DNA of 63,694 nt, filler included, from Hyphochytrium catenoides (taxonomy: Eukaryota; Protista; Hyphochytriomycota), in the NCBI GenBank assembly GCA_900088475.1. It is 7 parts of 7 records of this genome, joined end to end, with 100 filler letters (N's around TTAATTAATTAA, not from the genome) between each part and the next. Parts side by side here need not be neighbours in the genome. Positions count along the whole stretch, not along the records: positions 42,368 to 50,956 come from FLMG01001631.1; positions 51,057 to 52,751 come from FLMG01004010.1; positions 52,852 to 54,980 come from FLMG01001687.1; positions 55,081 to 62,231 come from FLMG01004036.1; 3 more parts are not named here. One strand, written 5' to 3'. Below the pieces are notes generated by a model. That model worked only from the letters and a program-made list of their open reading frames with translations. It searched no databases and was not told the DNA's origin. A program made the translations under genes and the position numbers. This document shows positions 50,657 to 62,330 of this stretch, piece after piece (within the stretch, counting starts at the first letter, position 1; each line of letters opens with the position of its first letter).

Positions 50657-52854
50657 GTAAAGCACAGAGAGAAAGAGAGAGAGAGAGAGAAAAGAGGGAG
50701 AAAGAAAGAGGAAGAGACAGAAAAGAGTCAAATGATTATCTTTCTTCACCAGCTGAGTCCCTCTTTTCCCTCTCTCTTTCTGAATATGCTGCCCTTCAGC
50801 CACTTTCCTCAGGTTCAGTTCTCTCTCTTCTTGCCTTTCTTGTTGCTCGCTTCCCTATCGTTCCTCTTTCTTTCCGTTCCACCTTCATCTCTCCTCTCTC
50901 TCTCTTTTCCATCTTACTTCCTTCATTTCTCTCTCTCTCTCTTCTCCTACTCTCTCNNNNNNNNNNNNNNNNNNNNNNNNNNNNNNNNNNNNNNNNNNNN
51001 TTAATTAATTAANNNNNNNNNNNNNNNNNNNNNNNNNNNNNNNNNNNNNNNNNNNNTAAAAATGCAAATAGTGAAATTTTGCTCACAGACAGACAGACAG
51101 ACAGACACACAGACTCGTGGCCTCCCCGTTGGGAAGGCGTGGAACCGCTTCGCTTGGTTCGAAGTCCTTTGGGTCATTCATTCCCTGTCCCTCCCCGCTC
51201 CTCCTTATTTTGGCCCCTTCTTCTCTCCTCTCCCTTCCTCCCTACTCCGTTATGTTTCTCTGTCCTGCTTTTTTTTTGCCCCTCTGTTCAGTTCTCTATT
51301 TTACGTCTTCTTTCAGTTTCCGACCTTCTCTCACTATGTCATCCGCTGCCTTTGTCTCTCCTTCCCAGGGGTTTTCCCCTCTGTTGCCCTGTCTCTTTTG
51401 GTGCTGTATTTTTGCTACAGTCCATTCTCATCATTGCCTTCACCCTTTTTCCCTCTCTCTATCTCTCTATCTCTCTTCCTTTCCTCCACTTTTGTATCTC
51501 AGTCTCCGTCTCTGTCTCTGTCTCTCTCTCTCCCCTCTCGCTGCTGCTTTCTCTCCTTTTCTTTCCTTCCTCCTGTTGCTCTATCCCTCCTTCTACTGCT
51601 GAAGCTCAGCATCCATTTTCTGGCGTTGGGCACTTCCTGATGGTACTGTCTGGCGGTAGCCACGAGTTAGCTGTGTAGCAATAGACTTAGTCTCATGTTG
51701 ATTTTGATGAACAGATAGACTTCCCCTCCTGAGCGATTGCTCTATAAGTCCTGAAGGGAGTCCCTGTGGTCCCTGTTACCGCTCCTACTATCTGCTGGGA
51801 GTCTTCCGTCTTGCAGTCGTATCACTCTAGTCTTGTTTCGGCAAGCACTAGTCGAGAATTTGTCCAGATGATGGGATTTGAGGCACAGGTCGATCTTAGG
51901 CAGCAAAAGAAGAGGTGCGACAATCTGGACGTGTTCTGGGATGGAGACTAAGCTCGACTGATATGCGGAGCGAGGGGATGATTGCAGGAGTTCACGATCA
52001 ACATTTTTCCTGGCACAGCACTAACATCACCACTGGGAGGGACGGCCTCACTCAATTTTGGCGAGGGCGATAGTCCTACCTGGTGGGTACTCTCTTCCCT
52101 TGTTATCAATGGACTTATGCGTCGAGCCTTATTGTGGTGGCCTCTGCAGTTGGTGCTTACTTTATTGTTAACCTCTGTGAGGAACTGGGCCTAGCCGGCC
52201 TGACGACGTAGAAGGCAGAACGTTGCCTCTGGTGGCCTGTATGATAACCAACTACTGAAGGAAGCAGAATGACCTGAAGTGTGGATTATATCAACAAGGC
52301 ATCTCCTAATATCATGGCTATGAATTTGTGACTTAGCTCTTAGGATTTGTCTCTATTTTCAGTTGTTCTATCTGTCCTCTCCCTTTATCTCAAGTGCCTT
52401 CATCTTCCCAGCCCCATGTTACTGCGTGCGCTGGTACGCGCTGGTAGTGACGCCTAACGAGCACGCATGGGCATACCAAGGGTGCTTGTGGACATGGTCC
52501 TTGTACGCCGTCATCCACTGCCTCCTTCCTAACGCATTTGGTCATGATGTACTAACTATCCGTCCGACTTCCGTTTCAGTAGTTCTGTCTTATTATTTTT
52601 TTCTTCTTATGCTTCGTCTTGTTCTTCATCCTTCACTCTTTTTCTTACGGGAATTATGTATGAGTAGGTTGACCGTTCTCTTTGCCAACTTTCTACTGGT
52701 GATATTGTAAAGAGTACTGGAAGTTACTGCTTACGTTCGGACTCTGCACTGNNNNNNNNNNNNNNNNNNNNNNNNNNNNNNNNNNNNNNNNNNNNTTAAT
52801 TAATTAANNNNNNNNNNNNNNNNNNNNNNNNNNNNNNNNNNNNNNNNNNNNTAG

Positions 52855-53031
52855 GAAACTATCAAGAGCCGTCGTGAGGAAAAGCGAAGAGGAAAAGCCA
52901 GGGGGAAGTCTCCTTTCCGGCAGCCACTCGCTGACTCCGAGTATAGACGTTTAGCTAGGCAGGAGGCCGTCTTTCAATCGTTGGGCGCTGCCTGTCATGC
53001 ATGCGCCAACCCGGTCGCCTCTTATGGCTAA
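52855..53031 (+). CDS. Probable terminal exon of an unidentified gene at a scaffold start
   Basis: tag|ETIKSRREEKRRGKARGKSPFRQPLADSEYRRLARQEAVFQSLGAACHACANPVASYG*. No homology recognised. Confidence 0.3.
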   Translation, partial: ETIKSRREEKRRGKARGKSPFRQPLADSEYRRLARQEAVFQSLGAACHACANPVASYG

Positions 53032-53415
53032 GTACAAACGAGAATTAGTAGAACAACGACTAGCTGCAAGGCAGAGTGCGCTGCTGGGCACAAAGTTGAA
53101 GTGATCTTTGTACGCCAGGTACTTATTAACCCGATGGAACGGTCACCACTGTCTGCACGTGGATGGGCAGGCCAATGACGACATCCTTGAGGTTAGAAAC
53201 CCCCTTGGTGAGGGAAATAGTAAGAGGAGAAAGATAGGTCATTCGCTCTATACAATACGAGAGTACAGGGGCTAGTTAAAGAGTGACTGTCAGGAATGTT
53301 TGTCAGTTATGCTAGATAGAAGAAACGAGGATTGAAGAGGAGCTTCTTCCTCTAGCTCTAACATCATCGATAGTAAAGTTTTTGCTTCACATCACAGAAG
53401 AGCAGGCCTGTTAAA

Positions 53416-53734
53416 ATGGCTGCTCTTCTCTCTTCTTCCGCGCTTTTCCGCTCTTCGGTAGTACTTTATAGACTTGATTGTGTTCCCTTTGCTACGTCAA
53501 TCTATAAACTAGTAGACGAGCGTCTGTGCTTTGTGGCATCTCCTCAAGTACAGAGCCTTAGTTCCGAGCTGCTAATCAATCCAGGGCGAGGGCCTAGGCT
53601 GACGGCTCGTTGATGCTCGCTTCACTCTTTGCCCAAGTCAGGAAAGGGCAATCAAGATGATGGCGTTGTTATGCTGTTTTCTATTTCCTTCTTCAGGTAC
53701 AGAGCCTTAGTTCCCTAATCGATCCAGGGCAAAG
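53416..53734 (+). CDS. Possible 5' end of a gene with a presequence-like N-terminus (MAALLSSSALFRSS|VQSLSSLIDPGQ...), running into a gap
   Basis: AAAATGG start context, a donor at 53458, and a pyrimidine-rich acceptor ttcttcag ending at 53696, in phase 0. Confidence 0.35.
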
Positions 53735-56700
53735 NNNNNNNNNNNNNNNNNNNNNNNNNNNNNNNNNNNNNTAAAGTAAATTAGTCATCTGTGCAGAAGC
53801 GCTGAAAGAAGATGAGCGAGCTTAGAGAGAACAGAGACGATTGACGAGAGAGAGAGAAAAGAAAGAGAAGAAAACGAGGAGAAGGAGAGAGAGAGAGAAA
53901 TAGGGAGAAGAAAGAGCGTCTGTATTTCTGCTCTTGCTCACCACCTCACCGGACTTTAGGGGTTCTGATAGATCTGGGAAAGTTGGTATCAGAGCGATGG
54001 GTTTTCCTCCCTGTCCCTCTCATTATCTCTCCTAGACCACTTAAGGAGGTATCGTTATCATCTTCTTTTCCTTATTAGTTGACAACGGGGAAAAGCCACG
54101 GTACGGTGGGAGAAAGAGTGAAAAAAAAAATTGAAGAAAGACTGGAAAGGTGAGTTAGCATCTCCACTTCCTGGGCTATGTACGCCCTCTACTAGTACAT
54201 GAGGATGTTGCAGCAAGTCTTAGCCTGCCACATGGAAGAGCTCAAAAGAGAAGATAGACTAGGGTGATGATGATGTTTGACGAATGGAGAACGATAGTGA
54301 GGCACCAGGTAGTACGGCACAAGAGGTCGAGAATAGTTCTGCTAGAAGAAGATCTGAAAGGGAGGGAAAGACGTTAACTACTGCATCCTCTGAGAGGTAA
54401 CCCTGACCCTAAGCAGGTAGGGGCCCTCTTCTTCTCATACTCTCTTCTCTCATTCTCTTCATTCACTTCTCTATCTCTTCCTTCCTTCTAATCTTCTCTT
54501 CTTTCACTTCTCTGTCTGCTGTCCTCTTACAGAAGTCTGTCTGTCCTCAGTCGATCGCTGGCATAGACTTTCTTCGCCTCACTTCTTCTTATTCCCCGAC
54601 CCTTCCCTCACGTTTCAATCTCTTTATTCCCTCTCTCTCTCTTTTCCGCTCCCTCTCGTTCTTTCCCTCCTCCGTCCCTCTGTCTGACTGTAGGTAGTTA
54701 GGACTAAGTTTCACTATTGCCAGCTACAAAGTGCCGTACCTTCTTCTTCCGTGTCTTGGCTCCTGCATCGTTTCACAGTTCTATCCTTCGCTTTTTTCTC
54801 TCAATAAAATGGCCATTTAAGGGTGATCAGAGGTCTGCCTAGTATTGGTGTGAGAGAGTGGAGGAAAGGTAAATATACGCTTGAATCCCATCCTAAAGCG
54901 AAGCCTCCGGAAGAGAAATACTAGAGAGAGGCGAAATGGGAAGGAAGAAGAGACAGAAAGAAAGCGAGAGAAAGAGACCGNNNNNNNNNNNNNNNNNNNN
55001 NNNNNNNNNNNNNNNNNNNNNNNNTTAATTAATTAANNNNNNNNNNNNNNNNNNNNNNNNNNNNNNNNNNNNNNNNNNNNTGCGAAAGGGAGATGACGAG
55101 GCTTATTGAGGAAAGAGATAAAGCATATCTTATAAAAAGGCTAGAGAGAGAGAGAAAGAATGAGAGAGGACACGGGAGAGAGTCTTCAAAGTGAAGCAAG
55201 AAAGGGTCAAGAGAGGAGACAACAGACGACACCTCCTCGGGAAAGAGGAAAGAGAGAGACGTCTGAGACATGCGCTAGATTAGCAATCGATCCTGCTGCA
55301 GCCATAGCCTCTGGCCCTTCTCAAGAGAATGTGACAGCAATAGAAGACCTTGTGGACGCGGTCAGTAGAGCTTCAACAACACGAAGAAGATCTCACGACG
55401 ATGCAGTCTGTCGTTCTCTACTGTCCCTCTCTCTCTCTGGCTCTTTCTTCCTCCTCTATATCTGCGTATCTTTCTTCTCTCTCGCTCTCTCCATTCCTCT
55501 CTCTCTTTTTCTTTCCCTCCCCTTTCCTCTCTTCTTCGTGCTCTCTCTCTCTTNNNNNNNNNNNNNNNNNNNNNNNACCCCGTACACCAAACAGAAAAAC
55601 AATACTCTAACTCTCTCTTTCCCCTGCTCTCTCTCTCTCTTTTTCTCTCTCGCTCTTCCTCGGTTGCTCGCTCGGTGGCACAACTGCCTATCTCATGATC
55701 ACTTTCCTCTTGATGGGCCATTCTATTGTCTGTCGCTCACAACGCTCCGGTCCTGGCTGTTCTACCTCGTCTCCCGACCCGGAGATCAGAGATTAGAGCC
55801 ACAGTCTTCTCATTGTATGGCCAGGAGGAGAGACGTCCGAGATCCGATGACGAGCTCTGTTGGTACAGGAAAGGGTCAAAGTGAGAGGGAGACAGGACGT
55901 TGAGGGACGTCGTTGTCATCAAGAGAACAGCTACAAGTACAGGCTAGAGGATGGGGGGTGAAGGCTGAAGAAGAAGCTGGTGAGAGCGAGAGAGACAGTA
56001 GCGGACAAAGAGTGTAGACGAGCTGGTTTGCGAGACGTAGAGAGAAAACGAGACATGGAGAGAGGAGAGAGAGAGAGAGNNNNNNNNNNNNNNNNNNNNN
56101 NNNNNNNNNNNNNNNNNNNNNNNNNNNNNNNNNNNNNNNNNNNNNNNNNNNNNNNNNNNNNNNNNNNNNNNNNNAGAGAGAGAGAGAGGGAGGGAGGGAA
56201 CTCTTCTGATCCCTTTCAAAAGCCTGCTGACCATCAAGAGCCAGCCGTAACGGTTCGCCTCGAATTCTGAATTACATCATAAGCATTTCAAATCCTATGA
56301 GAAAGCATTTGGTATTATTACGAATAAGAGAGCCATTGACAACAATGCTGATCACCTAGAATTTAGGATAGAACAGGGTTGACTCTCAGTGCCAAACAGT
56401 GAGGAAAGCTTCCAGAAAGAATTGTTTTCTTTAAATTCAACCAACAAAGCCTATGCAAAAGGAAATATGCTTCTCAGGAAGCTTTCAAATAGCTGCATCT
56501 TTCCGCACCAGAAGTCACCCAGTTCCTGTACTTTCTGATGCGTATTACTACGGATGATGAGAACAGGGTCTTTACTAGTAAAAATGTTAGGAAGCCGCAG
56601 TATTACTATCTGCAGCTTAGTCTCTGGCTCTCTTCCACCATGACGAAGAGACAGAGCAACTAAAGCCTAAGATTTAAAATGGGATCTAGGGATTTTAGAC

Positions 56701-57212
56701 TCAAACCCGCAATCGGTCTTTGTTGCTCACTCTGTCTTGTCATTGTACTAGATTATGTGGATTGAGATTAGAGATATACCAATGAGACCGTAGCTCTCGT
56801 TACTCTGTCTCGGTGGGCATGATATAGTCATCCCTAAGGGTGCCGCTTTCGTTCTCTCTCTCTCTCTCTCTCTNNNNNNNNNNNNNNNNNNNNNNNNNNN
56901 NNNNNNNNNNNNCTCTCTCTCTCCGTCTCTCTCTCTCTCTGTCTCTCTCTGTCTCGATCTCTTCTCAGTTTTGGACCTCTGGCTTGGGATGATTGATGGG
57001 AGGAGCGAGATCGAGTTAGGGTGGGAGATGATGTTGCTTGCCCTTTCACTTTCCTCTTCGTCCAACAACCATCTCTCCTCTCTCCTTTCTCTTCTCATCA
57101 TACCTGCCATCCGACTCTCTCCTCTCTCCTTCTTGGACGTGGTGGGTGAATGCCAAGCATTTGTAGCACAGCTTCACTGAGAAGGAAAGACACGTGAAGA
57201 AAGAGAGAAGAG

Positions 57213-57243
<31 letters not shown>

Positions 57244-57835
57244 TTGGGTCGAAGAAGAATAGATGTCAGAGCTTGAAGTGGATCTATCTGATGATAGACC
57301 TGCAGTTAGACGTTGGACTCAGAAGGGAGGAGGAGAATGGGCAGAGAGAGACAGAGAGAGAGAGAGGAGGAAAACGAGCCAAGAGGTCATCCAAAGAGGC
57401 GGATAGCAGGTGCGTCCAACCACACTTCTCTCTCTCTCTCTGAATCTCTCTCTTTTCTATTCTCTCTTTCTCAAGTTAATTTGCCCTGATGTATCTTGGT
57501 AGCTGATGCTCTCTCCCAGCCCTGGATCTTTGGGCGACTACCGCTTCTTTCTCATCCTTCAAGAGCTTGTTGTCTCTCTTTTCTCCTCATATATACTCTC
57601 TCTTTCTCTCTCTTTCTCTCCCACCCTCTTCACTCTCCCCGTCCCCGTCCATTCGCCTCTCTCCAGGTCTGGTCCAGCGCGCGTGCTCTCTCTCTCTCTT
57701 CCATCAGCTCCACTTCTCGGTCCGCAGTCGGGGCAACATCTTGAAAGGTCAACGAGGAAACAACCTTCAGAACTAGGCGTAAAAGCAAGAAAGGGGAAGT
57801 GAGGGAGAGAGAGAGAGGCAAGAGAGAGAAAGAGA

Positions 57836-57887
<52 letters not shown>

Positions 57888-58540
57888 ACAGATGAAGTCT
57901 GCCCAGCCGAGACAAGGCAGTTTGTCATCCTACCAGCACTGACTGTAGCTGAGTCGGCATCTCCTCTCTCTCTTTGTGCCTACTGGCAGGCGCGGAAGAG
58001 AGATAGGAAAGATAGCGAACAGAGAGAGAGAGAGAGAGAGAAAAAGAGAGAGAGCAAAAGAGAGAGAGACACAGGAAAGGGACGACAGAACAGGAGAAGA
58101 GACCACAGGTAGGTGAGTCGTTTCTGATGCTTCTTACCTAAGGGTTCAATCCCTCTCGCTCTCTGCCGTGCCCTTTGGATCCACTCGGCAGCGCTGTCAG
58201 AACCTGATCTCTTGGGCCAGCTTCATGCTAAATGCCGCGTGGTCTCTTTTTCTCTCTCTTTCTCTCTCTCTTTCTCTCTCTCTCTCGCTGTCTCTCGTAA
58301 ATCTCTTTCCCCGCTCTCAATGTCTTGGTCTCCATTTTGAGAAAGCACAGATCTATTTGCCTTCCCTGTCGAGGAGGCTCCATCGTCGCGCATTAGTCTT
58401 CTTTCCCTCGCCAAGGCTCTACTTTCTTTCTCAGTCTCTCTCTCTCTCTGTTAGTTGTGAAGCTGACTTTGTCTCTTCTTCGTTAACCTCTCTCTATCTT
58501 CTTCAACCTCTCCTCTATTTCCCTTCACTCTCTTCTCTTT

Positions 58541-58577
<37 letters not shown>

Positions 58578-58606
58578 CCCTCTGACACCCTGGATATATA
58601 AAGTAG

Positions 58607-59614
58607 CTGATCAAGAAGCGGACAAACGACGAGGAGAAGCCAAAGGAAGGCGAACAAAAAGAGAGAAAGAGGATGGGGAAAGTGCCTTATGCCTATCATT
58701 CTACGGAGAGAGAAGAGAACGAAATAACTGAAGATGAAGCCAAAGCAGCCATCACGGCAGAGATCAAGGCGACAGCGGCCTTTGAGATGCTCTTCCGAGA
58801 GAACAATCCCCGCGTGAAGCTCATTTCTGAGTATGTTCTCGAGCATTCTACGTCGTTCTTGCGCAAGGCGCTTCGCTCTACGATCCAGCACATTAGAGAG
58901 GCGTCTTACCTGCAAGAAGATCCTACAAAGCAGCTGAAGATCGTCTCTGACTTGCACTATGGCCTGTTGGATGACCTCTCAGAAGGGAAAGTAGGCGCTG
59001 TCTTTCCCTCTGACGTGGCTCGCTGTCTGCAGCACCTCTCTCTTTCGATAGACGACACCTTTCCTGGTGTGCCCAACAGCGGGCAGATCGCTGTGGGAAG
59101 CATCTTCTTCCTCCGAACGCTCTGTCCAACTCTTCTTCTTCCCGATCGTCTGGGCATGAGACCATACGAGACAGAGTCCGAGAGAGCTATAGCAAAAGCC
59201 ATAGTAAAGCGTCTTCAGCTGCTAGTCAACATCGTGGTGAGAGGAGAAGAGACATCGTCGGCAGGAGTGCTGGCTGCGCCTCATAGAGAATATCTGAATG
59301 GAGAGGAGGGAAGACTGAAGGGAATCATGAAGATCTTGGTCCGTCCTCTCTACTCACAGTCTCCCTACTTTAGAGAGGAGCCTGCCACGTCCAAGACGTC
59401 TCCAACGATGACCACGGCGGTGAAGAGACGGGCACAGAGCTTGTCCAACGGGCTGTTGATGTCAGACAAGGGAGACGTGAAGGTGGATGAGCCTTCTAAG
59501 AAGAATGCCCTCATTCCCAGACAGAGACTCAAGGGCTTCAACATCCTCTGGTCCTTTTTCAAGGAAGGAAAGCACTTGGAGGCCGTGTTGGTCCCTGGGC
59601 GGCGGCATCTGTGA
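58607..59614 (+). CDS. RasGAP-domain protein (final large exon; upstream exons unresolved)
   Basis: Arginine-finger motif EMLFRENN, then FLRKAL, FPSDV, AVGSIFFLRTLCPTLLLP (FLR motif) and IVKRLQLLVN. The frame is open from the gtag acceptor near 58606. Confidence 0.82.
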   Translation: MIKKRTNDEEKPKEGEQKERKRMGKVPYAYHSTEREENEITEDEAKAAITAEIKATAAFEMLFRENNPRVKLISEYVLEHSTSFLRKALRSTIQHIREASYLQEDPTKQLKIVSDLHYGLLDDLSEGKVGAVFPSDVARCLQHLSLSIDDTFPGVPNSGQIAVGSIFFLRTLCPTLLLPDRLGMRPYETESERAIAKAIVKRLQLLVNIVVRGEETSSAGVLAAPHREYLNGEEGRLKGIMKILVRPLYSQSPYFREEPATSKTSPTMTTAVKRRAQSLSNGLLMSDKGDVKVDEPSKKNALIPRQRLKGFNILWSFFKEGKHLEAVLVPGRRHL

Positions 59615-60585
59615 TTGGCAAAGAGAGAAGGAGAAAAAAAGAGGGAGAGATTGTGCATAGTAGAATAGAGTCTCTCTCCCCATCGTCGTCTGGGTCCTTG
59701 TCCGTTGGTCCGTCGTCTTTTACTCTCTTCGTGTCTCTCTCTCGCTCTTGTTTCTGTGTGGTCTCAGTCCTAGGACACATTGTAAGTGTGATTAGCTCTG
59801 TCCCTCTCTCTCTCACTCTCTCCACGCAATTTCTAGTCATTCGAGAGCGGAGCGCCACTCTCTCTTTGTATTTATTTTTGGCACTTTCTTTCTTTGACTG
59901 ACATCCTCTCTGCGCCTGGTTGTGCTGTCTGTCGATCAAGGCGCCCTTTAACCTCGATATAACATAGACAAAGTGGCACCCGTCCGATCCTATAAACTCG
60001 CCCTTTTATCTTTCTAGCGTACAGAATATAAGAGGAGAGAGAGAGAGAGAAACTAAGCCTTTCCCGCTTCAGAGGGCAAGCGAGCAAGCTACACATCCAC
60101 GGAGAGAGCGTTGCACGCAAGCGAGGGACACAGATGAAAGACAAAGGAGAAAGGAAATCTCAATCTAGTGACAGGAAGAGAGCTAACGAAGCTTATACAG
60201 CGAGTAAGAGAGAGAGAGAGAGGGAGAGAGAGCAGTGGGGAACAGCACGATGATCCTGTGTGAACTAAAGGATTTATTTCTCTCATATAAAGAGAGATGG
60301 ATAAGGGAAGGGAAACCAGGGTCCCCTTTAGACAGCGAGGAGACAGATCGTAGGTAGCTAAAGACCAGAGAAGTGAGGCGAAGGAGCCATGGTGGAGGAG
60401 AGAAAGAGAGTAGTGCTGCGCTGAGAGAGAAAGGAATGAAAACAGGACGAGAGACAGAAGAGAGAAGGTGAATCTCCGAGTGTTTTGAGAAGGAAAGGGA
60501 GTCTTTGATAAGAAAACGAGCGACATGGCTCTCTCCTTTTCCTCTGACAGATTCTCTTAGTTCTTTATTAGGTCCCTTCCTAGAG

Positions 60586-62190
60586 TTAGATGTACTGGAC
60601 AAAGCTCCGCCAAGGCGAGAGAGGGAGAGAGAAAGTGTGCCACTCTCTCTCTGTTCGAAGGCTTGGGAAAGAGAGAAAGCAGGACTGGAGCTTGAGATAG
60701 TCTGACTGCACCATAACCTCAGGCTGAAGAGAGAGAGGGACGTGTTTCCCCGGGTAGAGCTGGTCTCCGACTAAAGGAAGGCCAAGAGAAGAGAGCTGTC
60801 CACGGATCTGATGCGTTCTTCCCGTGATAAGCTCGAGAAGAAGATCTTTGCACGGCAGAGTGCGGCAACCTTTCTCTATAGAAACAGAAGATTGTGACGA
60901 GGAGAGAGAAGAGAGAGAAGAACTAGGTGCGGGAGAGAAAGACGAAGAGTAGTGGCAGTCTCTTATCTCCAAGATGCGGAGGAGACACTCCATCCATCCT
61001 TCATGATAATCAGGAGAGAAGACACGAGGGGCAAAGTCTTGAGGGCGAGAGAAATGCCGAACAATCTCTCCCTCTTCTATCTTCTCAGCCTCTTCTGAGA
61101 CGAGCGCCAGAGCTCGATAGTGCTTCTTCACTTTTCTTCCTCTCTGTAGAAGATTGTGGAAGTGAGTGACGAACTCTAGCGATGTGCCTAAGGGTAGAAG
61201 ACCCTCTGTGTCGATGTCTAGCCTGGAAAAGAGGAGAGAAGAGGAGAGGTAGCGCGGGAGAAGGGGGAGAGAGAGAGAGAGAGAGGGTGAGAGAGAGAGA
61301 GAGAAAAAGAAAGAAAGAAAAAGAAAGTGAGAGAGAGAGAGAAAGAGCAGAGAGAGACATAGAGAAAGAGCAGAGAGAAAAAGGGAAAGAGCAGAGAGAA
61401 AGAGAGGGTGGAAACAGAAGAGGGAGAGAAAAAGGGAGAGAAAGTGTTATGATGAGGCAAACGCCAGGAAGTCGGAGGTGGGAAACTTACTAGCCCTCAA
61501 AGGAGAGAAGACAACGAAGAGAGGGAGGGAAAAGGAAGAGATCAGAAGTTGAAAGGGACAGAAAGGATGCGATTGAATAAACGAAGAGAGACGCTGAGTG
61601 AGAGAGAGAAAGATATCCCAATATGCGTGAGAGAAAAGCCAGCTCTTTTAGAGGAAAAAGCCAAATGTTCTTGCAGAGAGAGAAAGAGACAGAGAGAGAG
61701 ACAAAGAGAAAGAGAAAATGAGGGAGAAAGAGGAAAATACTGGGAGAAAGATAGAGATGACGGCTTCGTAGCTGAGCAAAACGGAGAAGACGAGAGAAAG
61801 ACTTAGCGAGGGAGAAGGTGTCTCTTTCGGTCTCTCTCCTACCTGTTCATGGCATAGACTCTCTTCCCCAGTTCCTTCGTAAGGAAAGCTTCACAGTTCT
61901 CGACTCTGTTGTCCACTGTCCCGTGCACAGGCACGCCTTTCGGCTTGTCAATGACAATGAAGCCTTCTCCCTCTCCTTTCACTCTCTCTCTCCAATCGAC
62001 CTTCCACGCCTGAGGGAACCTCCGAGGAGAGAGATGAACGCGAAATGTTGTCTCTCCCAAGAGAAAAATGTCATGTCTCAGCCTTTCGAAGTTGGCCCAG
62101 ACGCCTCCGAACTCTATGAGCTGCTGGATGTATTCTGGACTGACGGAGGGCAGCGCCTCGTGGATGAGCTCGGATGCGTAGCCTGGACGG
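60586..62190 (-). CDS. RluA-family RNA pseudouridine synthase (similar to plant RNA pseudouridine synthase 6); 5' end lost in a gap
   Basis: FRVHLSPRRFP...IVIDKPKGVPVHGTVDN...MNR|LDIDTEGLL (catalytic Asp), VKKHYRAL and LELITGRTHQIRGQLSSLGLPLVGDQLY. Intron 61223-61842. Confidence 0.9.
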
Positions 62191-62330
62191 CTGGAGAGAT
62201 AAAAGAGGAGGGGGCGGGGAGAGAGAGAGAGNNNNNNNNNNNNNNNNNNNNNNNNNNNNNNNNNNNNNNNNNNNNTTAATTAATTAANNNNNNNNNNNNN
62301 NNNNNNNNNNNNNNNNNNNNNNNNNNNNNN

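Noticed and set aside
55160-55903. 247-aa ORF as a gene
   Set aside because: It spans an N gap and microsatellites. It may contain real exons, but I could not build a consistent spliced model or recognise a domain.
58140-58166. tRNA T-arm-like AGGGTTCAATCCCT
   Set aside because: No D arm, anticodon arm or acceptor stem can be built upstream.
42124-61806. Many long ORFs encoding poly-ER or poly-LS peptides
   Set aside because: These are translations of (GA)n/(TC)n microsatellites, which contain no stop codons. Most overlap introns of real genes.
19140-62287. Recurrent palindrome TTAATTAATTAA as a biological repeat or recombination site
   Set aside because: It always sits in the middle of an N gap and has stops in all six frames, so it is an assembly linker. 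Gene adjacency across it has no biological meaning.
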